Below are positions 51,274 to 64,000 of a stretch of DNA of 64,000 nt, one piece after another; the stretch's first letter is position 1, and each line of letters begins with the position of its first letter. The notes under the pieces are model-generated. The model had not been told where the DNA came from and did no database searches. It saw only the letters and a program-made list of their open reading frames with translations. The translations under genes were made by a program, and so were the position numbers. Source of the DNA: Octopus sinensis (lineage: Eukaryota); assembly GCF_006345805.1 (NCBI RefSeq), contig NC_042998.1, positions 166,222,001 through 166,286,000 of the forward strand, written 5' to 3'.

Positions 51274-51311
<38 letters not shown>

Positions 51312-52172
51312 ACACACACACACACACACCACCACAACCATCGCCACCACCATTACCCATGCAAACATTAGATATTTGATTAGAAACTTCTCAATATAAA
51401 TCTTTATTATTTCAGTCGTTAGAGAAAGGGTAAAAAATTAAAAAAAACAGGAGCAGGAAGTGAAGGGGACTGCAGTTCCCAGAACCTTTTTAATAGGCTT
51501 ATGCTAGTGAAATTAATGTTAAATTTGAATTGCTGCTGTTAAGTGGTTGGAATGAAAACGAGAAACAGGAAAGGAATTCGAATGGGATGCATTTCTGGGA
51601 AAGAGTCAAGGGTGCAAACTGTTTAGATAGGGTTTAGGGTAGGAGACACAGTGTCACCAATTACAGAATGCAACCCCTGTCAAACTTTTAAAAAAAATGT
51701 AATTTATTTCTTTATTTTATGTTATTTTTATGCATGCTTTTTTAAAATCGTTCGCCATTTCCCCTACAAAATTATAACACCAAGAACAACAACAAAAACA
51801 AAAAAAGAAGGGTTTTCGAAAATTAGCATCTTTTTCTTGCTTTGTTGTTTGGTTTTATTGTTTGGTTTTTCTTTGCACGCATCTACTTCTCGATACGAAT
51901 GTACATCTGTATACTTCTATGCTCGGATATACACTAACATACAAAAATTAAATTTAATGCATGTATATAGTTAGTTATAGATGGACATAAAGGTGATTAT
52001 GTATGTATGAATGAACACACACACACGCACATACACAAACACACACACGAACACACACACACATACACACACATGCACACACACACGAGGAGAGGAGAAC
52101 AAATTGGTGACTGAGATAAATTACTGAAGATTCTTGAGTACACATATGGGATATGTGTGTGTGTGTGCGTGC

Positions 52173-52225
<53 letters not shown>

Positions 52226-52268
52226 ACAGTTGTGTGTAGAGTATGTAACTGACATGTGCTTATGTGCT

Positions 52269-52353
<85 letters not shown>

Positions 52354-52846
52354 ATATTATATATTTGTACAGTTGTGTGTATGAGTATGTAACTGACACA
52401 GCGAGCGACTGTGCTTTGCAGCAACTGAATATATATAAAAATGGCATGACTGCCCGAAAGTTTAGCTGTGAAGCAAAATGCGAAGTCTCTAGTGTCATAG
52501 TGATAAGAAATAGAATTATGTAATTAGTGTTTACACAACTATTTTATTTTGGTGTAAGCAAAGAGCCTGATTTAGCTTTGACATGCCCTTTAACCAGTTT
52601 AAGTCGTCAGAGAAATTCCTTTAAGTAAGGTATTTGAGACTGAGATTGCTTTGGGTAGCTTTACACACACACACACAAACACACACGAGAAAACAGATGA
52701 CAAACAAACGATTATTTTACGAACTTCATTAGCTCACAGCTCTTTCCACTATAAGATGCGTTGGACTCAGTTGAGTGCCTGATTAACACGTTACAGACCT
52801 TACAGTTCCATCAGAGCCTCAAACATGAAGTACACACACACACCAC

Positions 52847-52885
<39 letters not shown>

Positions 52886-52932
52886 CACACACACACCAAA
52901 TAAAAAAAATAAACAGCTGTTTGCAATGTTTC

Positions 52933-53032
52933 ACCAAAAAGGAGAGTTGTAATATCACTAAATGTGACTAGGGTGTTAGAAACACCTACATTCTCCTTTT
53001 TGGTTTCCAACACCCTAGTCACATTTAGCGAC
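52933..53032. repeat. Interleaved inverted repeats (X-Y-X'-Y')
   Basis: accaaaaaggaga / tctcctttttggt, and tcactaaatgtgactagggtgttagaaac / gtttccaacaccctagtcacatttagcga. Confidence 0.85.
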
Positions 53033-53093
53033 AATCACACACACACGCACGCACGCACGCACACACACACGCACGCACACACACACACACACA

Positions 53094-53124
<31 letters not shown>

Positions 53125-53242
53125 AACACATATGGTTCAAATTTACAGAAAACAAAAGACACAACCAGGTGTATTAGTTTAACGCTCGCGAATAATGAAA
53201 AAGAGGGTGATGATATAATACTATACTTTTTTTACGAATATA

Positions 53243-53388
53243 GTTCTATAAAGCGGTTCGGTAAAAATAACCGATAGAATAAGTACTAGGCTTACAAAGA
53301 ATAAGTCCTGGGGTCTATTTGGTCGACTAAAGGCGGTGCTCCAGCATTGCCACAATCAAATGACTGAAACAAGTAAAAGAGTAAAAGA
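53243..53388 (+). mobile_element. SINE B 3' part
   Basis: gcggttcgg...ggcggtgctccagcattgccacaatcaaatgactgaaacaagtaaaaga. Confidence 0.8.
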
Positions 53389-54269
53389 ATCTGCCATAAA
53401 TAGCAGCCAAATATGTCTCTAATCACACCCTACTCTCTAAAGAATGAACTCGTTGAATAACATGGTCTTGGGTCTTCTGCACATTCGAAAAAGACAGGAT
53501 AATCACAGCTGAAATACTTTTGATCATAGGTCCACACGATTAAGGATCAGTGATCTGGGAATATATAACAACAAGGAATTCTTTATCCATATTGAATCTC
53601 TATAATATTTTATCTTTTACTCGATCCCCATCATATCTGATTTCAAATTTGATCTAAAAATAAACATTAAACACACGAGTCAATTGTTGAAGCAGCCTTA
53701 CTTGAAACCCAACCAACCCTCCTCCAAGTCATACCCAATATAAGTACGTTGAACTGAAAACTGTAAACTAACAAAACATTCGTGAATTTTCAACAAGCGA
53801 CTTTATAAGTTTATCAGATGGCATAGACTTCATTTATTTCTAATTCCACTTCTGTTGTTTCTACTTCACTTCATATTATCTCTACTATCGTTATTCAACG
53901 TGTGATGCCGTAGTCAAAGTCTAACGTTTCTACACATCTTTTCAGGGCATCTGTGTATCAATGTTTTCTGCTGCTGCTGCTGCTACGGCTGTTTCTGCTT
54001 CTGCTGCTGCTGTTGTGTGCGTGTGTGTGTGTGTGTGTGTGTATGTGTGTGCGCGCGCGTTGATTTTCCTTGTATCTTCGCATGTATCTACGTGAGTATA
54101 TTTTTATAAGAGAAAATAAAAACCTAAATGGATGCGAAATGTTTCTGGAGGATTAATTCAACATGATAGATACTAGACTCTTTGTCTCTATTTCTTTCCA
54201 ATCCTCCCACCATCTTATTTTCACTCTTTCTTTTTATCTCGATATATATATATGTATATATATTATATC

Positions 54270-54304
<35 letters not shown>

Positions 54305-54484
54305 CATGCATACATCAGTATCATCCTCTCCCCCACCCCTCTGTTTATATGTGTGGGTATAAATAAACAAACTCTCACGCATTTAGTATTAGCATAAAAA
54401 AACGTTGTTATATCAGAAATTAAGTTAATAAGTTTGAAATCAGTAATGAACTCATTAAAAAAAAAATATTATCAATACGGTAAA

Positions 54485-54698
54485 GAGGCGAACTGGCAGA
54501 ATCGGTACCAGGCCGCTGTATGTGCTTAGCGGCACTTCGTCTGTCTTACGTTCTAAGTTCAAATTCCGCCGAGATTGAATTTCGCTTTCATCCTTTCGGG
54601 GATCGATAAAATAAGCACCAGTTGAACAGTGGGTTCGATGTAATCGACTTTCCCACACCTCCGATATTGCTGGCTTTGTGGCAAAATTTGAAACCAAT
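54485..54698 (+). mobile_element. SINE A
   Basis: gaggcgaactggcagaatcgg...aagttcaaattccgccgag..tttcatcctttcggggatcgataaaataag. Confidence 0.8.
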
Positions 54699-54970
54699 AT
54701 TATAATATTGTAAATTGGCAGAATCGTTAGATCGTCGAACGGTGTTTACATTCTGAATTCACATTCTGCCAGATTAACGTTGTCTTTCATTTTTCTGAAG
54801 TCAATAAAATTGTACTCTCTATCTCTCTCTTTCCCTATCTCTCTCCCTCTATCTATCAGTTTCATTGTATACACACACACACACTCACATATATACATAC
54901 ACATTATGTGTGTGTATATATGTAATATAAATATATGTACTGTTCTATATTTTTGAGATGAAGAATTCTG

Positions 54971-55131
54971 TACATTATTTACATTATTTACATTGGACAG
55001 ATATGTGTCCTCATCTTGTTTGTTGTTACCATAACGTTTCGGCTGATTTACTCCCCAGCTTTCATCAGATGTTCTGGTAGAATTTTTAACCCAACTATGG
55101 GTTCTATTCCTAACGTATTTTTTGCTGATGT
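54971..55131 (-). mobile_element. SINE D tail with hammerhead-like motif at 55028-55073
   Basis: cat-CTGATGA-a-agctg..cagcc-GAAA-C-GT-T-atg. Helix I is cat/atg. Confidence 0.7.
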
Positions 55132-55144
55132 TATTATTGTTATT

Positions 55145-55830
<686 letters not shown>

Positions 55831-55847
55831 TATTATTATTATTATTA

Positions 55848-57481
55848 CTTTTTTTTTCTTCTTTCAAATTTGCTTCCATTTCTTGCCGAGTGTCTTCCCG
55901 ACTCCTAGGGCAAAGAAACTCATAGTGTATATTGGTAGGCCATTAAACCAAACTCAGTAGTTCGTTCATTTTTTTTTTTTTAAAGTTAAATTAAAATACA
56001 TGAGCAGCAACAGTTCTCACATCGACAATGCTCTTCTCAATACGTGTGATGTACCAGTTAAGACATCTTTTGCAACTTCTTGCAGGGATGGTAAGCCAGG
56101 GATCATTCTCATGTAATTTTCGGTTCCCTTCTTGATCATTCCTAGTGCTCCTACGATCACTGGTATTGTAACCGCCTTGAGATGCCACATTTTCTCAATT
56201 TCAATGAGTAGGTCTTTATATTTTCTGAGCTTGTCAAACACTTTCGCTGAGATATTATGATCACAGGGGATGCTCATGTCGATCAATAAGCAAACTTTAT
56301 TGTTTTGGTCTTTCACAACAATATCTGGTTTATTGGCTTGATGGTTCGGTCTGTATGTACTGGAAAGTCCCACAGAATGGTTACATTTTCTCCTTCAGTT
56401 ACAGCCTCAGGGTGGTGATTATACCACTTGTCGGCAGTTTTGATATTGTAATGCCGACTTATTAGCCAGTGGAGATATTGGCCAACTCTGTCATGTCTTA
56501 ATTTATACTCCACTGGTGCTAAGACTTTACATCCAGAGATTAGGTGGTCCACTGTTTCAATCATGTCGTTGCAGAATCGGCAATTTGGGTCTGCTCCATT
56601 TTTCATCACATTGGCCTGGTAGTTCGGGTTAATAGGCTTTGGTCTTGAGCAGCCAGGATGAAACCTTCGCTCTCTGCTTTTAGCCCTGAGCTCCGTAGCC
56701 ACTGATGGGTTTGCTTCTGGTCAACATCAGCTTGTTTGCTGCGGGTCACATATTTGCCGTGCAGAGGTTTCTCCTCCCACCTATCAGCCAATTGCTCGTG
56801 CGCTTTTTTCATTGCCATCATTTTCACCTTCTTTGCAACAATAGTTGCCGTACTTCCCTCGGTTGTTCAGTTTGGGTATCCTGCACGAGATCAATAGCAA
56901 ATTTTTTGCTTTCCTTGATGATAGAATGGAGCTTCTTTCGTCTCTCGTGATTTTCCACGAGCTTTAGCATCCAGTCATTCGATATTTCGAGATATTTGGC
57001 CAGTCCAATTGTGGTTGTTTTGTAAGCTAGTTCAAATTGGATCAGGCCTCGACCTCCTTGGGCTCTGGGAAGGTAAAGGCGATCTACGTCTGCCTGTTGG
57101 TGGTGCATCCTATTACGACTCAGCAGCTTGCGTATTTTCCTATCTATATTCTTTACTTCACTCATATTCCAGTTCAACACATTGTAGCTATAAGTAACAA
57201 CTGGAACTGCTAAGGAATTTATAGCTAACACCTTGTTACGTGCATTTAGTTCAGATTTCAGGACTGCACGAACTCTCCTATAACATTCCTTCCTGATTTT
57301 CTCTTTCATGCTTGCATGCTGAATACCAGTTTTCTCTTTCATGCTTGCATGCTGAATACCAGTCATGCTTGCATGCTGAATACCAGTCATGCTTGCATGC
57401 TGAATACCAGTCATGCTTGCATGCTGAATACCAGTCATGCTTGCATGCTGAATACCAGTCATGCTTGCATGCTGAATACCA

Positions 57482-57483
<2 letters not shown>
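55848..57483 (-). mobile_element. R4/Dong-clade non-LTR retrotransposon, 5'-truncated
   Basis: LYLPRAQGGRGL, CRFCNDMIETVDHLISGC (CCHC), RHDRVG, KPDIVVKD..LLIDMSIP..KLRKYKDL REL endonuclease, PVIVGALG. Three frameshifts, with (TAA)n on both flanks. Confidence 0.92.
57307..57483 (-). repeat. Seven perfect copies of a 24-mer at the LINE 5' junction
   Basis: catgcttgcatgctgaataccagt at 57307, 57340, 57364, 57388, 57412, 57436 and 57460. Confidence 0.97.
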
Positions 57484-57550
<67 letters not shown>

Positions 57551-57552
<2 letters not shown>

Positions 57553-57931
57553 GCGTAATGGTTAAGAGCGCGTTCTACTAACTCCAATATTGCGAATTCA
57601 ATTCCATGCTATGCCTTGAATAAATAATAATAATAATAATAATAATATAATAATAATAATATAATAATAATAATAATAATAATCATAATAATAATAATAA
57701 TAGTAATAATAATAATAATAATAATAAAATAATAATAATAATAATAATAGTAATAATAATCATAATAATAATAATAACATCAGCAAAAAATACCTTAGGA
57801 ATGAGAACCCAGGGTTGGTTCAAAATTCTACCAGGACAATTGATGAAGGCTGGAAAGTAAATCAGCCGAAACGTTGTGGTAACAACAAAGATGAGGACGC
57901 ATATCCATTCAATGCAAATAATGTAAATAAT
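57551..57931 (+). mobile_element. SINE D full copy, with decayed hammerhead at 57835-57880
   Basis: tagcgtaatggttaagagcg head, (AAT)n, then tail TTGATGA-a-ggctg..cagcc-GAAACGTT..gtaaataat. Confidence 0.75.
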
Positions 57932-58171
57932 ATATGTATATGCATATATCTTTTACAAAAATAACGTTGACAGTGTCTTCTAAGTTTCGGTCTGTTTAAC
58001 TTTCATCAGATAGTCCAATGAAAGCCAAAGAGGGCCGAAACTGTTGTGACTATTCTTGTAAGAAAATACGTACGCTACAGAAAGCATTGAGTAATCCTTT
58101 AGTTCGAAAGTACTCAGCCCCCACCCCAAGCTCGAAACCTTGTGGCTATATGAGAAAACCAATATTTCAAT

Positions 58172-58625
58172 AGGATCTTTTCGGTTTGAACGGCAGTTTT
58201 TTGCTAGCGGTGTCATATGAAATTGTCACTTATAATTATGATCCTAGTATCGCTCTATTGCATTTCAATCTGTTTTAGGGTTAGGGTTAGATAGGGTTAT
58301 GGTTATGGATAGGGTTAGGGTTAGGGGTGGGGGAAGGGTATCTTTTTTTTCTTCGGAAATATAAATAAACCCAATCTGTTTCTTAAACGAGGGACATATT
58401 CATACGGTACCGAATGTTTTCACCCCAATAGACGTCATTGATTGGTTGAAATTGCAGAAATTGAAGAAAAACAGTAACAAATATCTTTCAAACTATAGAA
58501 TTTTCTCAATAAAGCCAAGAGAAAAAGATGTTTTATAAACACATTCTACCAGTATACGAAGTTTAAAAGTGTTTAGTTACGTGGAAATTATTTTAAAAAA
58601 CTGCCGTTCAAACCGAAAATATCCT
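58172..58625. mobile_element. MITE with about 30-bp TIRs and internal TTAGGG-like repeats
   Basis: ttcaat|aggatcttttcggtttgaacggcagtttttt ... aaaaaactgccgttcaaaccgaaaatatcct|ttcaat, with ttagggttagg at about 58275-58327. Confidence 0.85.
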
Positions 58626-59341
58626 TTCAATATTTTGATCTTATAAATATATCCTTATCAAGACTGAAGTTGAAATGAATAGAAAATGTACAGAAAAGGA
58701 AAATTATTGATTAGAAATGAGCGTATAAATAATAATCATTTGAATAGCAAATAAGACAAGTCACATAGGTGATTTTCAAAGCAGCCTGTGGTCAGCTAGT
58801 TCATATTTATTCAGTCCATTTTGTATCGATGAACTGAAAAAGGAAAGAATGTCTGTCACATCTATTTCGGTTATAAGGAATGTGTTATAGTTTAGACTGT
58901 CAGTTGACCTTAAGTAGCCAATGACTTTTCTTAATTTTGGCGGGAGAATTTTATGTAGTTTCTTGACACATGATTACATCTTTTGCTATATTATCAACAT
59001 GGTGGGAAAATATACAGTTCTTTTTTCTCTCTTTCTCTGCATGTTACACACTCGAGTGAGTTAGATAAATTGTTATCGTAACAGGAACAGGACCACAGTC
59101 GATAGGAAATTGAATGAATACATTTGAAAGCGGTTATCAATGCCTTTTATAGATATTTTTAATAATTCACTATTTCGAACTTAAACTACAACTTTAACCT
59201 GAACTCAATGACTCCTGAACTCATTGAAGAAAACCTACCCAACTTGCATCGTATACGACTTAAACTGTTCTACTTATGAATTTTGACATTCATTTCTGAC
59301 CGATTATACACACACACAATATATATATTCTTTCTCTCTCC

Positions 59342-59427
<86 letters not shown>

Positions 59428-59671
59428 ATTATATATATATATATGTATGCTTTCTATTATCGTCTACTTCTATACATTTCAGCTTGTGTGATAATAGGAG
59501 AACTAGAGATCAAAATATTGCTAAATTAAAAGCATTCGGGATATGTCTCCAATCTGAGATTATTAACCTATTTTCTTCAGTCTCGCCAGTCTCGAAGGCT
59601 CTAGAAAAAGTTAAGGGTGCCGCCCTTACTCGTCTGACAAGGTACTGTATAAAAATAAATCATATATATAT

Positions 59672-59706
<35 letters not shown>

Positions 59707-59957
59707 CATATATAATCAAAATAAGCAACAAGGCTATCCAAAGGTAGTGTAGTACAATCCTTTCATGCCACTACATTTAATTAAACAATGTAATATATAT
59801 ATATATGAGACTTACTTGGAAGAGGATGCATGGCGTCCAATCAAATAATATAAATAACATATATATGCATATATACATACGTATATGTACATACGTATAC
59901 ATACGTATATGTGCATACTTACATCTATACACACACACACAGGCACGCACGCACACA

Positions 59958-60046
<89 letters not shown>

Positions 60047-60296
60047 GCATATGTGGGCACAGGACGTCACGAAACGTGCAACAAAAAATACGAATGGAAA
60101 ACAAGACAAACAACATAAAGAACGACCCTTCATCAGTTGTTGGCTGTTTTTCTACTCTCGTATTTCGAGCTGCCTACATATGCATATATATAAATACGTA
60201 TAGATTAAGTATGTACATATACGTATGTATATATGCATATAAATACATACATACATAAATACAGATATACATATATATGTATATATATAAATATAT

Positions 60297-60358
<62 letters not shown>

Positions 60359-60522
60359 ACATGCATACAGGTACTTGTCCAGCTTCTGCATTCATAGAAT
60401 GAACCAACAATAGGTATGTTTTTAAGAAGGATAAATGATGTCTATTTTATGGTAGAGTCGAATTATCAACATTTTCAGTTCCCGTGCTAAATAATGCACT
60501 GGGGTTTTATTAGCAACAAGCG

Positions 60523-60690
60523 GAGGCGTGACTGTGCGGTAAGAAGCTTGCTTCTCAAGCACATGCTTTCGGGTTCAGTTCCACCGCTTGGCACATTGGT
60601 CAAGTGTCTTCTACTATATCTTTGGGCCGACTAAAGCCCTGTGAGTGGATTCGATAGACGGAAACTGAAAGAAGCCCTTCGTATATGTTC

Positions 60691-60728
<38 letters not shown>

Positions 60729-60753
60729 CAGAGACCGAGAGAGAGAGAGAGAG

Positions 60754-60784
<31 letters not shown>

Positions 60785-60875
60785 TGTGTGTGCGTGTGTG
60801 TCTGTGTTTGTCCCCCCACTACCGACTGACAACCGATGTTGGCGTGTTTACGTCTCCCTAAGTTAGCGGTTCAGC
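60523..60875 (+). mobile_element. SINE B lacking 3' tail
   Basis: gaggcgtgactgtgcggtaagaagcttgcttc..gggttcagttcc..gaaactgaaagaagccc..microsatellite..gttagcggttcagc. Confidence 0.8.
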
Positions 60876-61209
60876 AATATCTGCATACGTGAAGAAGTTT
60901 GTTTATCAAAACAAGGGTAACAACAACTACATCCTCACCACTACTACTATTACTACCTATACTATCAACATCATCATCGCTGTAACATTTAATAGTCAAG
61001 ACAAAATAACATTTTTTCTTGGGCCTTCAGTTCCTGATTAAGTCATAGAGGCAGAATCAACGAGTTCATCAATTCACGACTAAGTGACGACTCAAAGGAA
61101 AGACAGAGTGAAAGAAGAAATAAGTCACCGGTACTAGACTGGTGAACTCGTTGACCCGATTATCATAGACGACAGATGAGGAGTCTGCAGTTTCTCGTTG
61201 AACAATCCT

Positions 61210-61688
61210 GCACAGATGATTTGTTTATAGACGTGACTGTGTGGTAAGATGTTTGCTTTCCAATCACATGGTACCGGGTTCAGACCCGCAGCGTGGCACC
61301 TCGGGCAAGTATCTCCTACTACAGCTTTGCGCCAAGCAAAGCCTTGTAAACGGATTTGGTAGACGAAAAGATAACTGAAAGAAGCCCGTCGTGTATATAT
61401 GTGTGTGTGTGTGTGTGGTGTGTGTGTGGTGTGTGTGTGCGCTCGTGTGCGCGCGAGTGTATGAATGCGTGTGTCTATGTTTGTCTCACACCACCGATTC
61501 ACCACCACTGTTGGTGTGTTTACGTTTCCGTAAATTAAGATTTCGGCAAAGAGACCGATAGAATAAGTGTCAGACTTAATAAAGCAAAAATAAGTACTGG
61601 GGTCGATTAGTTCGACTAAAATTCTTCAGCGCAGTGCCCCAGCATGGCCGCAGTCTAATGACTGAAGCAAGTGAAAGGTAAAGGATTA
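61210..61688 (+). mobile_element. SINE B full length
   Basis: gacgtgactgtgtggtaag...gtgccccagcatggccgcagtctaatgactgaagcaagtgaaagg. Confidence 0.85.
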
Positions 61689-61814
61689 AATACACATGTT
61701 TGTGCTGTACATAAGCTCACTGCCTCCGTCAAATCGACATTACCTGTACAGGTGTACATGTCAGATGACGAAATGATCACAGAGTAACGCGTTTTGCTGA
61801 AGAATAGAATGCAG

Positions 61815-61890
61815 TGCCAGATTCAGGAATCAAAGCCACGATCTCGCGATCTTTAGTGCAGCATCCTAACCACTAGGCTTTCGCGCCCTC
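61815..61890 (-). other. tRNA-like SINE head remnant (family C-like)
   Basis: Reverse complement gagggcgcgaaagcctagtggttaggatgctgcac..ttgattcctg. Confidence 0.5.
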
Positions 61891-62820
61891 GCTATAAACT
61901 AGTATTTTTTTTTTTTACACCAAGAGCAATAGAAGAAGCAACAGAAGGAACTGCAACAGCAGTGGAGTAACAACAGCAACAGGAACAGCAACAATACATG
62001 CGTCTGTTGAAACGTAAATATGAATAACGCATATTTGTTAGAAAACAAAACATTGAAAGTGGGGAGGGGGGATTTCTTTCTCCCTCTATTGATTATCACA
62101 TGACTGTATTTCTTGGCAGACAGACCCTGAAACAATAGCCGGTATTATTCACACCTATTATGCCTCTCCCTTTCTCCTCCCACCAATTTGTACCCAGAGT
62201 ATCGTGGTCAATGCATAATTTTGTGTACATCTGGGAAGATAAGAACATAGATTACTGTGTCCCTAATCCTGTCAGGGTGAACATAATCGGCATAATCGGT
62301 CGGGTAAGGAAGGTCTTTTGTCGTATAAGTTTTCCCAATTCCTAAATTCAATCATTTATTGCGCTTACCTTTCTTTCTTTTCTTTTTTTCTTTCTTTGTC
62401 TTTCTTCTCTTCTTGCTCCTTCCCACTCCTGTAACCGCATTATACAGGATGCGTGTGTTACACAGTACATAAAGAATAAGTTATTTCGTAGATTTCAATA
62501 CAGTGAAAAGATTTCAAGTACAGTAAAGAAATGCACGCATTTTTATCTACGTGCATAACAGAAAAAAGAAAAGAAAAGTAGAATATAAAGAAGATTAGAG
62601 AGAAAAGAGAGAGAAAATAAAGATTAGTGAGAGGTGGGAATGATTGAAAGAGAGAAAAATAGTTTGTAGGGAGAAGGTAAAAGCAAGTACATGTAATGTA
62701 GAAATTATATAAGAACTATGGATTCGTAAAATAATATAGAAAAAAGAGTGAGAGAACATATATATACATACATAGATACATAGATACATACATACATACA
62801 TACATACATACATACATAAC

Positions 62821-62869
<49 letters not shown>

Positions 62870-62871
<2 letters not shown>

Positions 62872-63068
62872 GGAGTAAACACATAAATGTGAAACAGGTG
62901 GAAAAAAGAGTACTCAAATACCAGAGGTAGAGCAATATGCTTTATCTAAAAGCAGCTGAATTCATCAAAACCTGTTACTCGGAGTTTCACGAACAAAACT
63001 GTCCGACGAACGGGAACGTGAAACTCCGAGTAACATATTTTGTTGAATTTCTGCTGCTTTTAAATAAA

Positions 63069-63073
<5 letters not shown>
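62870..63073. mobile_element. Penelope-type foldback repeat with hammerhead-like motif at 62999-63035 (+)
   Basis: Arms 62935-62991 / 63017-63073. Motif ctgt-CCGACGA-acg(ggaa)cgt-GAAA-CTCCGAG-TA-aca. Confidence 0.6.
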
Positions 63074-63106
<33 letters not shown>

Positions 63107-64000
63107 CACATTCGTAGTTTGTTCAATTTGAAATACAAAATAGTACAAATGAATATTCAAGCTGGTAATATATAAAACTTAGGCTCCAACAAAATCTATA
63201 CAATTAGAAATGTATCCATTTGAAATTTGTCCCAATTTAGCTGTTACACCATGTGTGTGTGTGTGTACTAGAATTGAAAAAATGCGCACGCTCAGAAGGG
63301 TTATAGAATGTCATAATAAACCTTAAAAAGTATGGGACTAGCATTGTTGCTAAAAAATATTGGAATCCCTATATTTTGTACATTCTGTGGTATCTTAAAA
63401 CGAAAAAAGACTCATGTCACGATAATTATTAAACCGAGTTCTTAATATAAAAATTTGAAAATGTGCAAAATATGATCTTTAACTTCGAATAAGTAAATTC
63501 ATTATAATGCTCTTCATAACAACGTATATAAAAAACATACTGCACTCTGCATGCAAATTGCCATGATAATAAAACAAAACTGGATTTATGATGCAATTGA
63601 ATCTATATAATAGCGAAAGTACGAAACCGAAATAATTATAAACAAAAATAATTCGCATTGTGATACACATATTAATGGAACAGTTATGCGAATTAAACAG
63701 ATTATTACTAAACTATTTTTGATTGATACTTGTAAATTTATAAAAATTATCATTCATAGATAGAATTATTGCATAAAGATGACATTAGTATTTTGTACAC
63801 AATTATTTTGTTAAATTTGAGTATACGATAATTTAACTTCGTAAATTTTTAATACAACTTAATTTCGATGAACTAATCAAATTTCTTGTGATAAAAGGAT
63901 GCCACAGAATGTACAACATATAGTAATTCTTATGTTTTTGAGCAACAATGCTCGTCCTATACTTTCTAAGGTTTATTATGACGTTCTGTAATCCTTTTGA

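Noticed and set aside
57307-57483. CRISPR-like array
   Set aside because: The repeats are contiguous with no spacers, derive from LINE coding sequence, and the context is eukaryotic.
58275-58327. Interstitial telomere or chromosome fusion scar
   Set aside because: The repeats are short, degenerate and internal to a TIR-bounded element.
60121-60180. CTGATGA and GAAA on the minus strand as a hammerhead
   Set aside because: The order would require type II topology, and helices I and III do not form.
62190-62305. Candidate exon with EGF-like NIDYCVPNP
   Set aside because: The following cysteines are missing without a frameshift. Splice sites are plausible but the product is unsupported.

Overview
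Eukaryotic, AT-rich, microsatellite-dense sequence that is intronic or intergenic. The SINE families and repeat texture point to an octopus genome (my recollection of these families, not a database result). No complete protein-coding gene can be supported, and almost all listed ORFs are microsatellite read-through. Retroelements: four tRNA-headed SINE families (my labels A-D), a decayed Penelope element (RT thumb plus GIY-YIG), CR1/L2-type LINE 3' ends, an R4/Dong REL-endonuclease LINE inserted in (TAA)n, and a LINE ORF1-like remnant. DNA elements: mariner (DD34D), Tc1 and maT (DD37D) fossils, MITEs, and Helitrons, one carrying a piggyBac transposase fragment. A 1.5-kb tandem duplication has copies that differ only by single-base indels. 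The main discovery-level signal is about a dozen minimal type-I hammerhead-ribozyme-like motifs from at least seven unrelated repeat families. They share a palindromic helix III (dimer type) and most have an extra nucleotide after A9. They often sit in inverted pairs. One family is a tRNA-promoter SINE whose 3' tail is a Penelope-type hammerhead module and which forms head-to-head dimers. All folds were made by eye and none has been tested for cleavage.
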